Positions 41,354 through 49,872 of a DNA stretch of 64,000 bases are shown piece after piece. Numbering within the stretch: the stretch's first letter is position 1; each line of letters opens with the position of its first letter. Both the position numbers and the translations under genes were made by a program. This stretch comes from Opitutaceae bacterium (lineage in GTDB: Bacteria; Verrucomicrobiota; Verrucomicrobiia; Opitutales; Opitutaceae). The stretch lies in assembly GCA_049428505.1 (NCBI GenBank), contig JBMTAG010000001.1, positions 13,154 through 77,153 of the forward strand, read 5' to 3'. Below the pieces are notes generated by a model that worked only from the letters and a program-made list of their open reading frames with translations, had not been told where the DNA came from and did not search any database.

Positions 41354-42871
41354 CTAACCCGGACCGGCGTAGGCCGCGATCCAGGCTACGATCTGATCCA
41401 GCTCGTCCCGCGCGCTCCGTGCTCCGGCGGCGGGCGCGTGCCGGTTGAGCAGCAGCGAGAACGCCAGCCGCTCGCCACCCGCGGTGGTGAGGTAGCCGGA
41501 AAGCGCGTTGGCCCAGCGCAGCGTGCCGGTCTTGGCGCGGACATTGCCCTCGGCCGCCGTGCCCCGCAGCCGCGTGCGCAGCGTCCCGTCGCGACCCGCG
41601 ATCGGCAGGGAGGCCTCGAAGTCCCGGGCCGCGGGATGCCGCGCCATCGCCACGAGCAGGCCGACGGTGGCGCGGGCGGTGAGCAGGTTGTTCCGCGAGA
41701 GGCCGGAGCCCTCCTCAAATCGCACCTCCGACGGATCGATCCCGGTGCGCCCGAGGAATTCCCGCAGGGCCTCGAGGGCGAGCGTCTCGCCCGTGCGATG
41801 CGGCGGGGTGGACGGCCCGCGCCGCAACTCGCCCAGATGCCCGAAGACCAGGTCCGTCTCGAGGTTCTGGGACGGCTTCATGAACTCCGCCACCAGCTCC
41901 CGCAGCGGCGGGGAGACCAGCTCCCCGAGCGCCGCGGCCCCCGCGGGAACCGGGCTCGGATCCGGCCAGCGCACGGCTCGCGCCCGACCGGCGACCGCCA
42001 TCCCCGCCCGCGCCAAGGCGGCGCGCAGGGCCGCCGCATACCACTCCGCGGGCCGGGGCACCGTGACGTTGACCACCTCGGGGCGGCCTCCCGCGGGCAG
42101 CGTCCCCCAGAGATGGACCCGCGCCTCGCCCGCCAACCGGCGCACCACCACCTGCGCCGGGACGTCCCCGGCTCCCGTGCGCAGGCGGGACAGGACCTCG
42201 AGCCCCGTGTCCGGTTGGCGCCACGCGAGCGCTACGCTCCCACCCGGCGCGGGCGCCGGCGTGAGGCTCAGTTCCGCGTAGTTCTGCTCCAGGCTCACGC
42301 CGGAAAGTTCGGCCCCGTACCAGTCATTGAGGTCATCGGCCGTCCAACCCGATCCCTGCGGCGGCTGGTGGAACCAGGTGGCGTCGGCGACGAGATCCCC
42401 CTCGATCCGCCGGACGCCGGCGCGCCGCAGGACGTCCACGACCGGGCCGAAGATCGAATCGAAGGTCCGATCCGTGCCCCGCACGCGCCAGCTGGGATCG
42501 CCCCGGCCCGCGACGAACAGGTCCCCCCGCACGGTTCCGGAGGCATCCGGCGCCACCGAGGCCAGAACCGGCGTGCGGATCCGGTGATCCGGACCGAGGA
42601 CGTCGAGCGCGAGCGCGCCGGCGAACAGCTTGCTGTTGGAGGCCGGGCTCATCAACCGGCGCGGCTCGTGCTCGAACCAGACCTGTCCGGAGGCGAGGGA
42701 CACGACCTGCACCCCCCAGAGCCCGCCGCGGAAGCGCTCGTCGCGCAGGCGCCGGTCGAGTTGTTCCCGCAGTTCCGCCAGCGTGGCGGGGGGACCGGCC
42801 TCCGCCGCCCGCAGCGGGGCGTTCAACCCGAGGACGAGGAGGAGAACGGCGGGGATCAGGCGCGGGATCAC
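41354..42871 (-). CDS. dacB: D-alanyl-D-alanine carboxypeptidase/endopeptidase (PBP4, peptidase S13)
   Basis: SxxK ASNSKL and KTG AKTGTL motifs, with a signal peptide after GTG 42871 (VIPRLIPAVLLLVLGLNAPLRA). There is no in-frame ATG upstream of the mature part. Confidence 0.8.
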   Translation of the reverse strand: MIPRLIPAVLLLVLGLNAPLRAAEAGPPATLAELREQLDRRLRDERFRGGLWGVQVVSLASGQVWFEHEPRRLMSPASNSKLFAGALALDVLGPDHRIRTPVLASVAPDASGTVRGDLFVAGRGDPSWRVRGTDRTFDSIFGPVVDVLRRAGVRRIEGDLVADATWFHQPPQGSGWTADDLNDWYGAELSGVSLEQNYAELSLTPAPAPGGSVALAWRQPDTGLEVLSRLRTGAGDVPAQVVVRRLAGEARVHLWGTLPAGGRPEVVNVTVPRPAEWYAAALRAALARAGMAVAGRARAVRWPDPSPVPAGAAALGELVSPPLRELVAEFMKPSQNLETDLVFGHLGELRRGPSTPPHRTGETLALEALREFLGRTGIDPSEVRFEEGSGLSRNNLLTARATVGLLVAMARHPAARDFEASLPIAGRDGTLRTRLRGTAAEGNVRAKTGTLRWANALSGYLTTAGGERLAFSLLLNRHAPAAGARSARDELDQIVAWIAAYAGPG

Positions 42872-42976
42872 GCGGCGGAGGCTGGGCGGGAACCCGCCGC
42901 GCGGCAACGCGCTTCGGGTCCGGCCCGGGAAATTCCTCGCCTGCCCGACGCCGGGGCGGCTAGCTGCCCTCGCCCC

Positions 42977-44512
42977 ATGAATTCCTACTTCAGCGTCGGC
43001 GACTGGGTGATCATCGTCGGCTACCTCGTGGCGATGATCGCGCTGGGTGCCTGGTTCGGCAAGGACCAGCGCTCGACGCGGGATTACTTCCTCGGCAGCC
43101 GGGACATTCCCTGGTGGGGCATCGGCGCCTCCATCATCGCGACCGAGACCAGCGCGCTGACCATCATCGGCGTGCCCGCCATCGCCTATGCGGGCAACCT
43201 CGGTTTCCTGCAGATGATCCTCGGCTACGTGATCGCTCGCGTGGTCCTCGCGATCGTGATGGTCCCGCACTACCTCCGCGGCGAGATCTTCTCCCCTTAC
43301 CAACTGCTGGAGCAACACCTCGGCCGCGGCCCGCGCCGACTGGCTGGCGCCCTCTTCCTTTTTCTCGAACCCCTTTCCGCCGGGGTCCGCGTCTATGTCG
43401 CCTGCATTCCGATCCGGCTGATGCTCGGCGACGCCCTCTGCAGCCTTGGGGGGCTCGTCGACCCGATCCTCGGCGCGATCCTGCTCTTTGTCGTCCTATC
43501 CGTCGTCTACACCTACATCGGCGGGATGAAGGCGGTGATCTGGACGGACGCGGTCCAGATGGTGCTGTTCCTCGCGGGCGGGATCTTTGCACTGACCCAC
43601 CTCGCGGGCATGATCGACGGCGGGTTCGCCGGGGGCCTCGCCAAGGCGGCCGCGGCCGGGAAGACGGAGTGGCTGCGCCCTGAATTCGCCCTCGGAGCAC
43701 CTTTCAACCTCTGGATGGGGCTGATCGGCGGCACCTTCCTCGTGCTGTCCTCCCACGGGGCGGATCAGCTGATCGTGCAGCGCGTCCTCGCGTGCCGCGA
43801 CGTCGCCGAGGGGCGGAAGGCGCTCGTGTTCAGCGCGGTGCTGATCTTCCCGCTGTTCCTCCTGTTCCTCCTCGTGGGCGTGCTCCTGTGGGTCTACTAC
43901 CAGAGCCATCCGTTCCAGATCCCGCTGCCGGAGAGCCGGCCGGGCATCAAGTCCAACGACTTCATCTTCCCGATCTACATCGTGACCGAGATGCCGCACC
44001 TGCTGAAGGGCTTCCTGATCGTCGCCATCCTGGCCGCGGCGATGTCCTCCATCAGCTCGGCCGTCGCCGCCCTCGCTTCGGTGTCGACGATGGATTTCCT
44101 GAAGCCGGCGCTGCCGGGGCGCAGCGATGAGTTCTTCCTCCGCTTCAGCCGGCACTCGACGCTCGTCTGGGCCGCGGTGCTGGTCTTCGTGGCGTCACTG
44201 ACGCGCGAGGTGACCTTCGTGCTCAACGCGGCCTTCTCCCTGCGCGGCCTCACCAGCGGCGCCCTGCTGGGGGGGCTCGCGCTGGCGATGTTCGGCCGCG
44301 GGGTGGGCGCGCGGGCCGCGGTCGCCGGGATGCTGGCCTCGTTCGCCGCGATGAACGCGATCTACTGGCCCGCCGTGACGCCCGCGACCCGGGAGTGGTG
44401 GCTGCGCACCTTCGGCGGCGAGGTCTTCTGGCCGTGGTTCACCCTGATCGGCTTCCTGATCACGGTCGGAGTCGCCGCGCTGCTCCGACCCCGCCGCGCG
44501 CCCGCCGCCTAA
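42977..44512 (+). CDS. sodium:solute symporter (SSS) family transporter
   Basis: Internal ATG of ORF 41438..44512. About 13 TM segments: IPWWGIGASIIATETSALTIIGVP..., GGMKAVIWTDAVQ. Confidence 0.85.
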   Translation: MNSYFSVGDWVIIVGYLVAMIALGAWFGKDQRSTRDYFLGSRDIPWWGIGASIIATETSALTIIGVPAIAYAGNLGFLQMILGYVIARVVLAIVMVPHYLRGEIFSPYQLLEQHLGRGPRRLAGALFLFLEPLSAGVRVYVACIPIRLMLGDALCSLGGLVDPILGAILLFVVLSVVYTYIGGMKAVIWTDAVQMVLFLAGGIFALTHLAGMIDGGFAGGLAKAAAAGKTEWLRPEFALGAPFNLWMGLIGGTFLVLSSHGADQLIVQRVLACRDVAEGRKALVFSAVLIFPLFLLFLLVGVLLWVYYQSHPFQIPLPESRPGIKSNDFIFPIYIVTEMPHLLKGFLIVAILAAAMSSISSAVAALASVSTMDFLKPALPGRSDEFFLRFSRHSTLVWAAVLVFVASLTREVTFVLNAAFSLRGLTSGALLGGLALAMFGRGVGARAAVAGMLASFAAMNAIYWPAVTPATREWWLRTFGGEVFWPWFTLIGFLITVGVAALLRPRRAPAA

Positions 44513-46209
44513 CGCCCGCTCGCCGCCCCGTCCGGCGGCCGCCGGTCGAATCCGCCTTCCAGGAGGCCCTCGGCCGCACGGTGCAGGATGAGTTCCGCCG
44601 CGCCCTGGTTCGCCGGCGCCTCGAACACCGTGTGGCCCATCCCCCGCAGCAGCGCGAGGGTATCGGCGGAGAGGGCGTGGCGCTCGTGCACGATGCGGTC
44701 CGGCAGCCACTGGTGGTGAATGCGGCCCGCATCGACCGCCTCCTGGGCGTTCATCCCCCAGTCCACCACGTTGAGGATCGTGCCCAGCACCGTGTTGATG
44801 ATCGTGCGCCCGCCGGGCGAGCCGGTCACGAGGAGCAACTGACCGTCCTTCACCACGATGGTGGGCGACATGCTGGAGAGCATCCGCTTGCCCGGTTGCG
44901 CGAGGTTGGGGGGCGTGCCGATCAGGCCCTTCTCATCGGTCAGTCCGGGGGCGGCGTTGAAGTCCCCCATCTCGTTGTTCAGCAGGAAGCCGGCGCCGGG
45001 GACGACGATGTACGAACCGTACGCGTACTCGAGGGTGTAGGTCAGCGCGACCGCGTTGCGCTCCCGGTCGACCACCGAAAGGTGGGTGGTCTCCGGGGAC
45101 TCGGTGGGCCACGCGAAGGACGTGGGCGAGGAGACCGAGGCTCGCCGGAGGTTGATCGTTTGCCGCAGCTCCGCCGCATACTCCTTGGAAATGAGCCGCG
45201 CGACCGGAATGTCCGGGACGAAGTCAGGGTCGGCGACATGCCGGGCGCGGTCGGCGAAGGCCCGGCGCATCGCCTCGGCCATCCGGTGCACGACGGCCGC
45301 GGAGCCGTGGCCGAGGCTCCGCAGGTCGTAACCCTCGAGGATGTTGAGCATCTGGATGACCGCGATCCCGCCGGAGCTGGGCGGCGGCATGCCGAGGATC
45401 TGGTGCCCGCGGTACGTTCCCCGCACGACCTCCCGCTTGCGCGGCTGGTAGGCGCGGAGATCCGCCCGCGTGATCAGGCCGTCGTTGGCCCGCATCTCCC
45501 GCTCGATCAACTCCGCCGTCTCCCCGGCGTAGAAACCCACCGGCCCCTGCTCCGCGATCCGCTCGAGCGTGCGCGCGAGATCCGGTTGCCGCAGGATGTC
45601 GCCCGCCTCGTAGGGCACCCCATCCTTGGAAAACTGCGCCAGCGAGGCCGGGTACCGCTTGAACTGGGGCAGCACGCCCTTCAGGGAGCGCGCAAGGCCG
45701 TGCGTGACCTCGAACCCCTCCCGCGCCAGCCGCACCGCGGGCAGGATCAGTTCCTTCCACGGACGCCGGCCGTGCTCGCGCCACGCGAGGTGCAGCCCGG
45801 CGACGGTGCCGGGCACGCCCACCGCGCGATGGCTCAGGTGGTGGCGGTCGAAGTCATACTTGCCGTCCCGCAGCCACATCTCCGGCGAGGATCCGGCCGG
45901 CGCGGTCTCGCGGAAATCGTAGGCCTGGGGCGCCCCCGCGGCGGGGCGGTAGACGATGAAGCCGCCGCCGCCGATGTTGCCGGCCGTCGGATGGGTCACC
46001 GCGAGGGCGAACGCGGTGGCGACCGCGGCATCGATCGCGTTACCACCATCGAGCAGCACCTGATGTCCAATGCGCGAGGCGTGCCCTTCCTGGGACACGA
46101 CCATCCCGTCGCGCGCCCACACCGGAGCCGATCCGGCGAGCGCGCGGGAAGGCAACAGGGTCAGGGCGGCGAGGCCGATAACGGTGAACCCACGGGCGAA
46201 CGGAGACAT
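44509..46209 (-). CDS. ggt: gamma-glutamyltransferase
   Basis: Signal peptide, GGNAIDAAVA, the autoprocessing nucleophile region ETTHLSVVD, and GSPGGRTIINTV. Confidence 0.9.
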   Translation of the reverse strand: MSPFARGFTVIGLAALTLLPSRALAGSAPVWARDGMVVSQEGHASRIGHQVLLDGGNAIDAAVATAFALAVTHPTAGNIGGGGFIVYRPAAGAPQAYDFRETAPAGSSPEMWLRDGKYDFDRHHLSHRAVGVPGTVAGLHLAWREHGRRPWKELILPAVRLAREGFEVTHGLARSLKGVLPQFKRYPASLAQFSKDGVPYEAGDILRQPDLARTLERIAEQGPVGFYAGETAELIEREMRANDGLITRADLRAYQPRKREVVRGTYRGHQILGMPPPSSGGIAVIQMLNILEGYDLRSLGHGSAAVVHRMAEAMRRAFADRARHVADPDFVPDIPVARLISKEYAAELRQTINLRRASVSSPTSFAWPTESPETTHLSVVDRERNAVALTYTLEYAYGSYIVVPGAGFLLNNEMGDFNAAPGLTDEKGLIGTPPNLAQPGKRMLSSMSPTIVVKDGQLLLVTGSPGGRTIINTVLGTILNVVDWGMNAQEAVDAGRIHHQWLPDRIVHERHALSADTLALLRGMGHTVFEAPANQGAAELILHRAAEGLLEGGFDRRPPDGAASGR

Positions 46210-46261
46210 CCCGCGACCCTGCCGGTCGGCAGCGATGAGTCAAACGCCGCCTCCCCGGGCG

Positions 46262-47302
46262 TCAGCGCCCGGCCGCGGCGCGAAGTCGCTCCTTGGCGCG
46301 CAACATCACCCGCAGCGGGTGCAGTTCCTCCTCCGAGGTCAGCGGCATCGGCGTGCCCGCCACGAGCTGGGCGGCGAAGGCGTCGAAGTAATCCGGTCCC
46401 GGGGTGCGGTCGAGGGGCTCGCTCACGCCCTCGCGCCGGACCAGGCGCGTGCGGGCGCCGCCGTCGACCGACTCGATGAACCCGCGGGTGCCGAAGATTC
46501 GGAGGGTTTCGTTGCCGTGGGGGAGACCGGCGGCCCCCGGGTTCAGGTAATTGATCACCAGGGTCACCAACCCGCCGTTCTCCAGGCGCCCCTGGGCGAT
46601 CGCGGCGAGCTTCCCCTCCCCTTGCTCCGCCGCCGGCTTCCCGAAACCGGTCTCATCCGCGGTCAGCGCGGCCATCCGCACGCCGCCCGCGTGCTCCACC
46701 ATCCGGGCCCCGTGGATGCCGGCCTGCAGGAACAGGCCGCCATCGATCGCCTCGTCCTGCGGGCGCGCGGCCCCGTAGCGGTAGGACTTCTGCACGAGGA
46801 CCTGGACGACGTCGCCGATGTCGCCCGCCTGCACGTGCCGGCGGATGGCGGCGTAGGGCGCGACGAAGACGGTGCCCGCCATCTCGCGAAACTCGCGCCC
46901 CGAGCGGCGGGCGGCGGCCAGGATGGAGTCCAGCTCCGCCTCGGTCAGCGCGGAGGGCTTCTCCGCGTACACGTGGCGGCCCGCCTCCAGGCAGCGGATG
47001 GCGTCGCGGGCCTGATCCGCCCGCCGCGGCGAGCACAGGACGACGAGGCCGACCGCCGGATCGGCCAGCAAGGCCTCGAGTCCGGCGACGACCTTGACGC
47101 CCGCGGGCGGGTTGGTCTGGCGAACCCCGGCGACGGCGACGAGGCGGGCGTGGGGGTGATCGCGAAACTTCTCGAAGCGGAGCTGGTGTCCATTGCCGCC
47201 GTAAAGCGCGACGCCGATTCGCTCCGCCGCCGGGAGCGCGCCACCGAAGCTGGCCAGAAAGCCGAGGAGCAGGAAACGGGCCGACGCCCGGAGCGGGTTC
47301 AT
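46262..47302 (-). CDS. Gfo/Idh/MocA-family oxidoreductase with signal peptide
   Basis: Internal ATG of ORF 46262..47953. MNPLRASARFLLLGFLASFGGALPA, IGVALYGGNGH, HVYAEKP. Confidence 0.7.
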   Translation of the reverse strand: MNPLRASARFLLLGFLASFGGALPAAERIGVALYGGNGHQLRFEKFRDHPHARLVAVAGVRQTNPPAGVKVVAGLEALLADPAVGLVVLCSPRRADQARDAIRCLEAGRHVYAEKPSALTEAELDSILAAARRSGREFREMAGTVFVAPYAAIRRHVQAGDIGDVVQVLVQKSYRYGAARPQDEAIDGGLFLQAGIHGARMVEHAGGVRMAALTADETGFGKPAAEQGEGKLAAIAQGRLENGGLVTLVINYLNPGAAGLPHGNETLRIFGTRGFIESVDGGARTRLVRREGVSEPLDRTPGPDYFDAFAAQLVAGTPMPLTSEEELHPLRVMLRAKERLRAAAGR

Positions 47303-47386
47303 CGCGTTCAGGCAAACGGCCGCCGCACGGGTGCGCAACGCGAAGTCGCGCTTGCCTCCCGGCCGGCCCGGAGCCCCTTCTCGACC

Positions 47387-48160
47387 GTGCCCCGTCGCCC
47401 CCGTTTCCGCCGCTTCCTCGGGATCGACTATTCCGGGGCCGCCACGCCCGAGACGCGACTGCCCGGCCTGCGCGTCTACGCGGCGGAGGATCCGGTGGAA
47501 CCCCCGCGGGAAATCCCCGGACTGGGTCCAGGCGGGCGCTGGAGCCGGCGCGAACTCGCCGCGTGGCTCACCGCCTCGCTGGCCGCCGGCCCGCCCACCT
47601 TGGTCGGCATTGATCACGGGCTCTCGTGTCCGCTTGCCTACTTTGAACGGCACGCGCTGCCTCCGCGGTGGGACGCCTTCCTCGCCGATTTCGTCCACCA
47701 CTGGCCCGCGCACCAGCCGGGCGTGACCGTCCGCGCGCTCCGCGCCCACAACACGCGGACCGGTGATCCGCGCTGGCGGCGGCCCTGCGAGCGGCGCACC
47801 GGGGCCAAATCCGTTTTTCATTTCGATGTTCCCGGTAGCGTCGCCACCTCGACCCACGCCGGGCTCGCCTGGGTGGGCCACTTGCGCACCGAGTTGGGCA
47901 ACCGCCTCCACTGCTGGCCATTCGATGGCTGGCGACCACCCCCCGGCCGGCACGTGCTGGCGGAGATCTATCCGGCGCGCTGGAGCGCGGGCGGGCCGCG
48001 GGACGGGCGCACGCCGGACCAGCAGGACGCCTTCGCCACGGCGGCCGCCCTCGCCGCCGCGGACTTCTCGGGAGAGTTGGAAGACTGGCTCGAACCCCGG
48101 CTACCGCCGGAGGAAAAGGCCGCGGCGCGCCTCGAGGGCTGGATCCTGGGCGTCAGCTGA
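47387..48160 (+). CDS. hypothetical protein (possibly RNase H-like fold, DUF429-like)
   Basis: C-terminal part of ORF 46070..48160, whose upstream part is antisense to the previous gene. There is no in-frame ATG; GTG 47387 gives VPRRPRFRRFLGIDYSGAATPE...VGIDHGLSCP...DQQDAFATAAAL. The family call is tentative. Confidence 0.4.
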   Translation: MPRRPRFRRFLGIDYSGAATPETRLPGLRVYAAEDPVEPPREIPGLGPGGRWSRRELAAWLTASLAAGPPTLVGIDHGLSCPLAYFERHALPPRWDAFLADFVHHWPAHQPGVTVRALRAHNTRTGDPRWRRPCERRTGAKSVFHFDVPGSVATSTHAGLAWVGHLRTELGNRLHCWPFDGWRPPPGRHVLAEIYPARWSAGGPRDGRTPDQQDAFATAAALAAADFSGELEDWLEPRLPPEEKAAARLEGWILGVS

Positions 48161-48166
48161 GGGGGC

Positions 48167-49261
48167 TCACGGCAGGAGGTAAATCTCCGCCAGCGCCACC
48201 CCGGTGGCCCCGCCGACGCCGGCCACGCGCAACGTGTACGCGCCGGGGGCGAGGTTCAGCACCAGCGCGGCGTCGCGGCTGCCCGCCGCGAGCGGAAAGG
48301 CTCCCGCGTCCACCGCGGCGGTCGCCGCCTCGGCGCCCGCGGCTTGGGCCTGCCAGTTGTCGTTGGCCGCCACCACCTCGCTGCCCTGCAGCACCTCCAG
48401 GATCGGGTCCGCAAGGGCGCCGGCGACGCCGAAGGCGGTGAGTCCGGGCCCGATCGCCCGGACCAGCACGCGGCGCGGAGCGTCACCGGCCAGCACGAAC
48501 CCCGGGATGAGGACCGACTCGCCGCTGCCCACCTGCGCCCGCGTCGAGAGGTTGGCGAGCCGTCCGGCCGCCCCCGGAGCCGGCGTCTCGCCGATCACCT
48601 CGCGGGGCAGCGCCGTCACATCGAGGTCCGGGCTGGTGTTCCAGCGGCGCACCCAACCCGGCGGCGCGGGAACGGTCGTGCGGAGGATGACCGTGTTGTC
48701 GAGTTCCAGGTCCTCGCTCCAGATGAAGCTCGCGCCCGTGAAATCCTCGGCGACGTAATCCCCGTCAGGTCGGACCTGCTCGGCGGGATACTCCCGCGCG
48801 TTGGGCCAGGCGCTGTCGTCGAAGCCGGGCGCGTGCCACCCCGCGGGCAGCGGCGTGCGCTCGACGCGGGGATTGACGACATCGCGGTTGAGGGGACCGC
48901 GGTGAAACGCCTTGGCCTTCCACCGGGCGCTGGTGACGGTGCCGTCCCCGAGCCGGAGGATGAAGCCGGCGTCGCCGATCCGGTTCCCATATTCCAGCCC
49001 GGTGGCGGGCTCGGCGTTATCCTTGGCGAGCACCGCAATGGTCAGCGGGTATTCGGGCAGAATCCGCACCGAGACCTGGTTGTGCGGCAGGAAATCGATC
49101 GCATCCGCGGCCACCAGCTTCCCGTTGATGAAGACCGCGAACCAATTGTCGGCGTAGGCCGTGAGCCGGATCGTGTCGCTGAGGGTCGGCTTGACCTGCG
49201 CGCAGGCGGCGGACGTCGCCAGGACGGCCAGCAGGGCGAGCCTTCGGTGCCGCGGCGTCAT
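48167..49261 (-). CDS. secreted protein: jelly-roll-like N-domain plus one copy of the shared C-terminal module
   Basis: The ATG at 49261 overlaps the ECF sigma stop (ATGA). Signal peptide MTPRHRRLALLAVLATSAACAQ. The N-domain is a paralogue of 59739..60488, and the C-terminal module lies at 48170..48562. Confidence 0.7.
   Translation of the reverse strand: MTPRHRRLALLAVLATSAACAQVKPTLSDTIRLTAYADNWFAVFINGKLVAADAIDFLPHNQVSVRILPEYPLTIAVLAKDNAEPATGLEYGNRIGDAGFILRLGDGTVTSARWKAKAFHRGPLNRDVVNPRVERTPLPAGWHAPGFDDSAWPNAREYPAEQVRPDGDYVAEDFTGASFIWSEDLELDNTVILRTTVPAPPGWVRRWNTSPDLDVTALPREVIGETPAPGAAGRLANLSTRAQVGSGESVLIPGFVLAGDAPRRVLVRAIGPGLTAFGVAGALADPILEVLQGSEVVAANDNWQAQAAGAEAATAAVDAGAFPLAAGSRDAALVLNLAPGAYTLRVAGVGGATGVALAEIYLLP
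48170..48562 (-). repeat. shared protein module, copy 1 of 7 (131 aa, C-terminal)
   Basis: RLANLSTRAQVGSGESVLIPGFVLAG..RVLVRAIGPGLTAFGVAGALADPILEV...NDNW...GAFPLAAGSRDAALVLNLAPGAYTLRVAGVGGATGVALAEIYLLP*. Confidence 0.8.
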
Positions 49262-49869
49262 CGGCTGGAAGCGCCGTCCGCGCGTGATCCGCACAGGGTG
49301 CGGACCTCCCGGCGAAGCTGGACGCGAAGCCGGTGCAGGCGCACCTTGAGCGCGTTGAGGGTGAGGCCCGCCTCGTCGGCCATCACCCGATACGTGACGC
49401 CCGCGATGACCTGTTCGATCAGGCGGCGGTCGCGGCCCGCGCAGCGGCCAAGGGCGACTTCCAGCGCCTCCCGGACCTCATGCACGCGATCCTCCGCGGC
49501 AGGATCGGTGAGTCCCGCCCAGAAGCCGTCCTCGACGGGAATCGCGGGGCGGCAACGCAGGCGCCGCCGGTGGTCCAGCGCGCAGTTGCGCGCGAGCGTG
49601 AAGAGCCACGTCTCGAAGCGCGGGACCTCCCGCAGCAGGTGAAGTTGGGTGACCATCTTGACCCAGACCTGCTGGAGGACGTCCTCGGCCGCCCAGGGAT
49701 CGCCCACCTGGCCGCGCAGGAATCCACGGAGCCTCCGACGGTAGAGGCGGACCAGTTCTGTCTGGGCCAGCGGGTCGCCGGCCCGCGCGCGAATGACAAG
49801 CGCGGCCAGTGCCACTTCGCCGGACGGGACCGTTCCCGCCGCAACCTCGCGGGGATGAAAGGCGACCAT
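49258..49869 (-). CDS. RNA polymerase ECF-type sigma-70 family factor
   Basis: Sigma-2 region: LVRLYRRRLRGFLRGQVGDPWAAEDVLQQVWVKM...FETWLFTLARNCALDHRRR. Sigma-4 HTH: YRVMADEAGLTLNALKVRLHRLRVQLR. Confidence 0.85.
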   Translation of the reverse strand: MVAFHPREVAAGTVPSGEVALAALVIRARAGDPLAQTELVRLYRRRLRGFLRGQVGDPWAAEDVLQQVWVKMVTQLHLLREVPRFETWLFTLARNCALDHRRRLRCRPAIPVEDGFWAGLTDPAAEDRVHEVREALEVALGRCAGRDRRLIEQVIAGVTYRVMADEAGLTLNALKVRLHRLRVQLRREVRTLCGSRADGASSR

Positions 49870-49872
49870 GGG

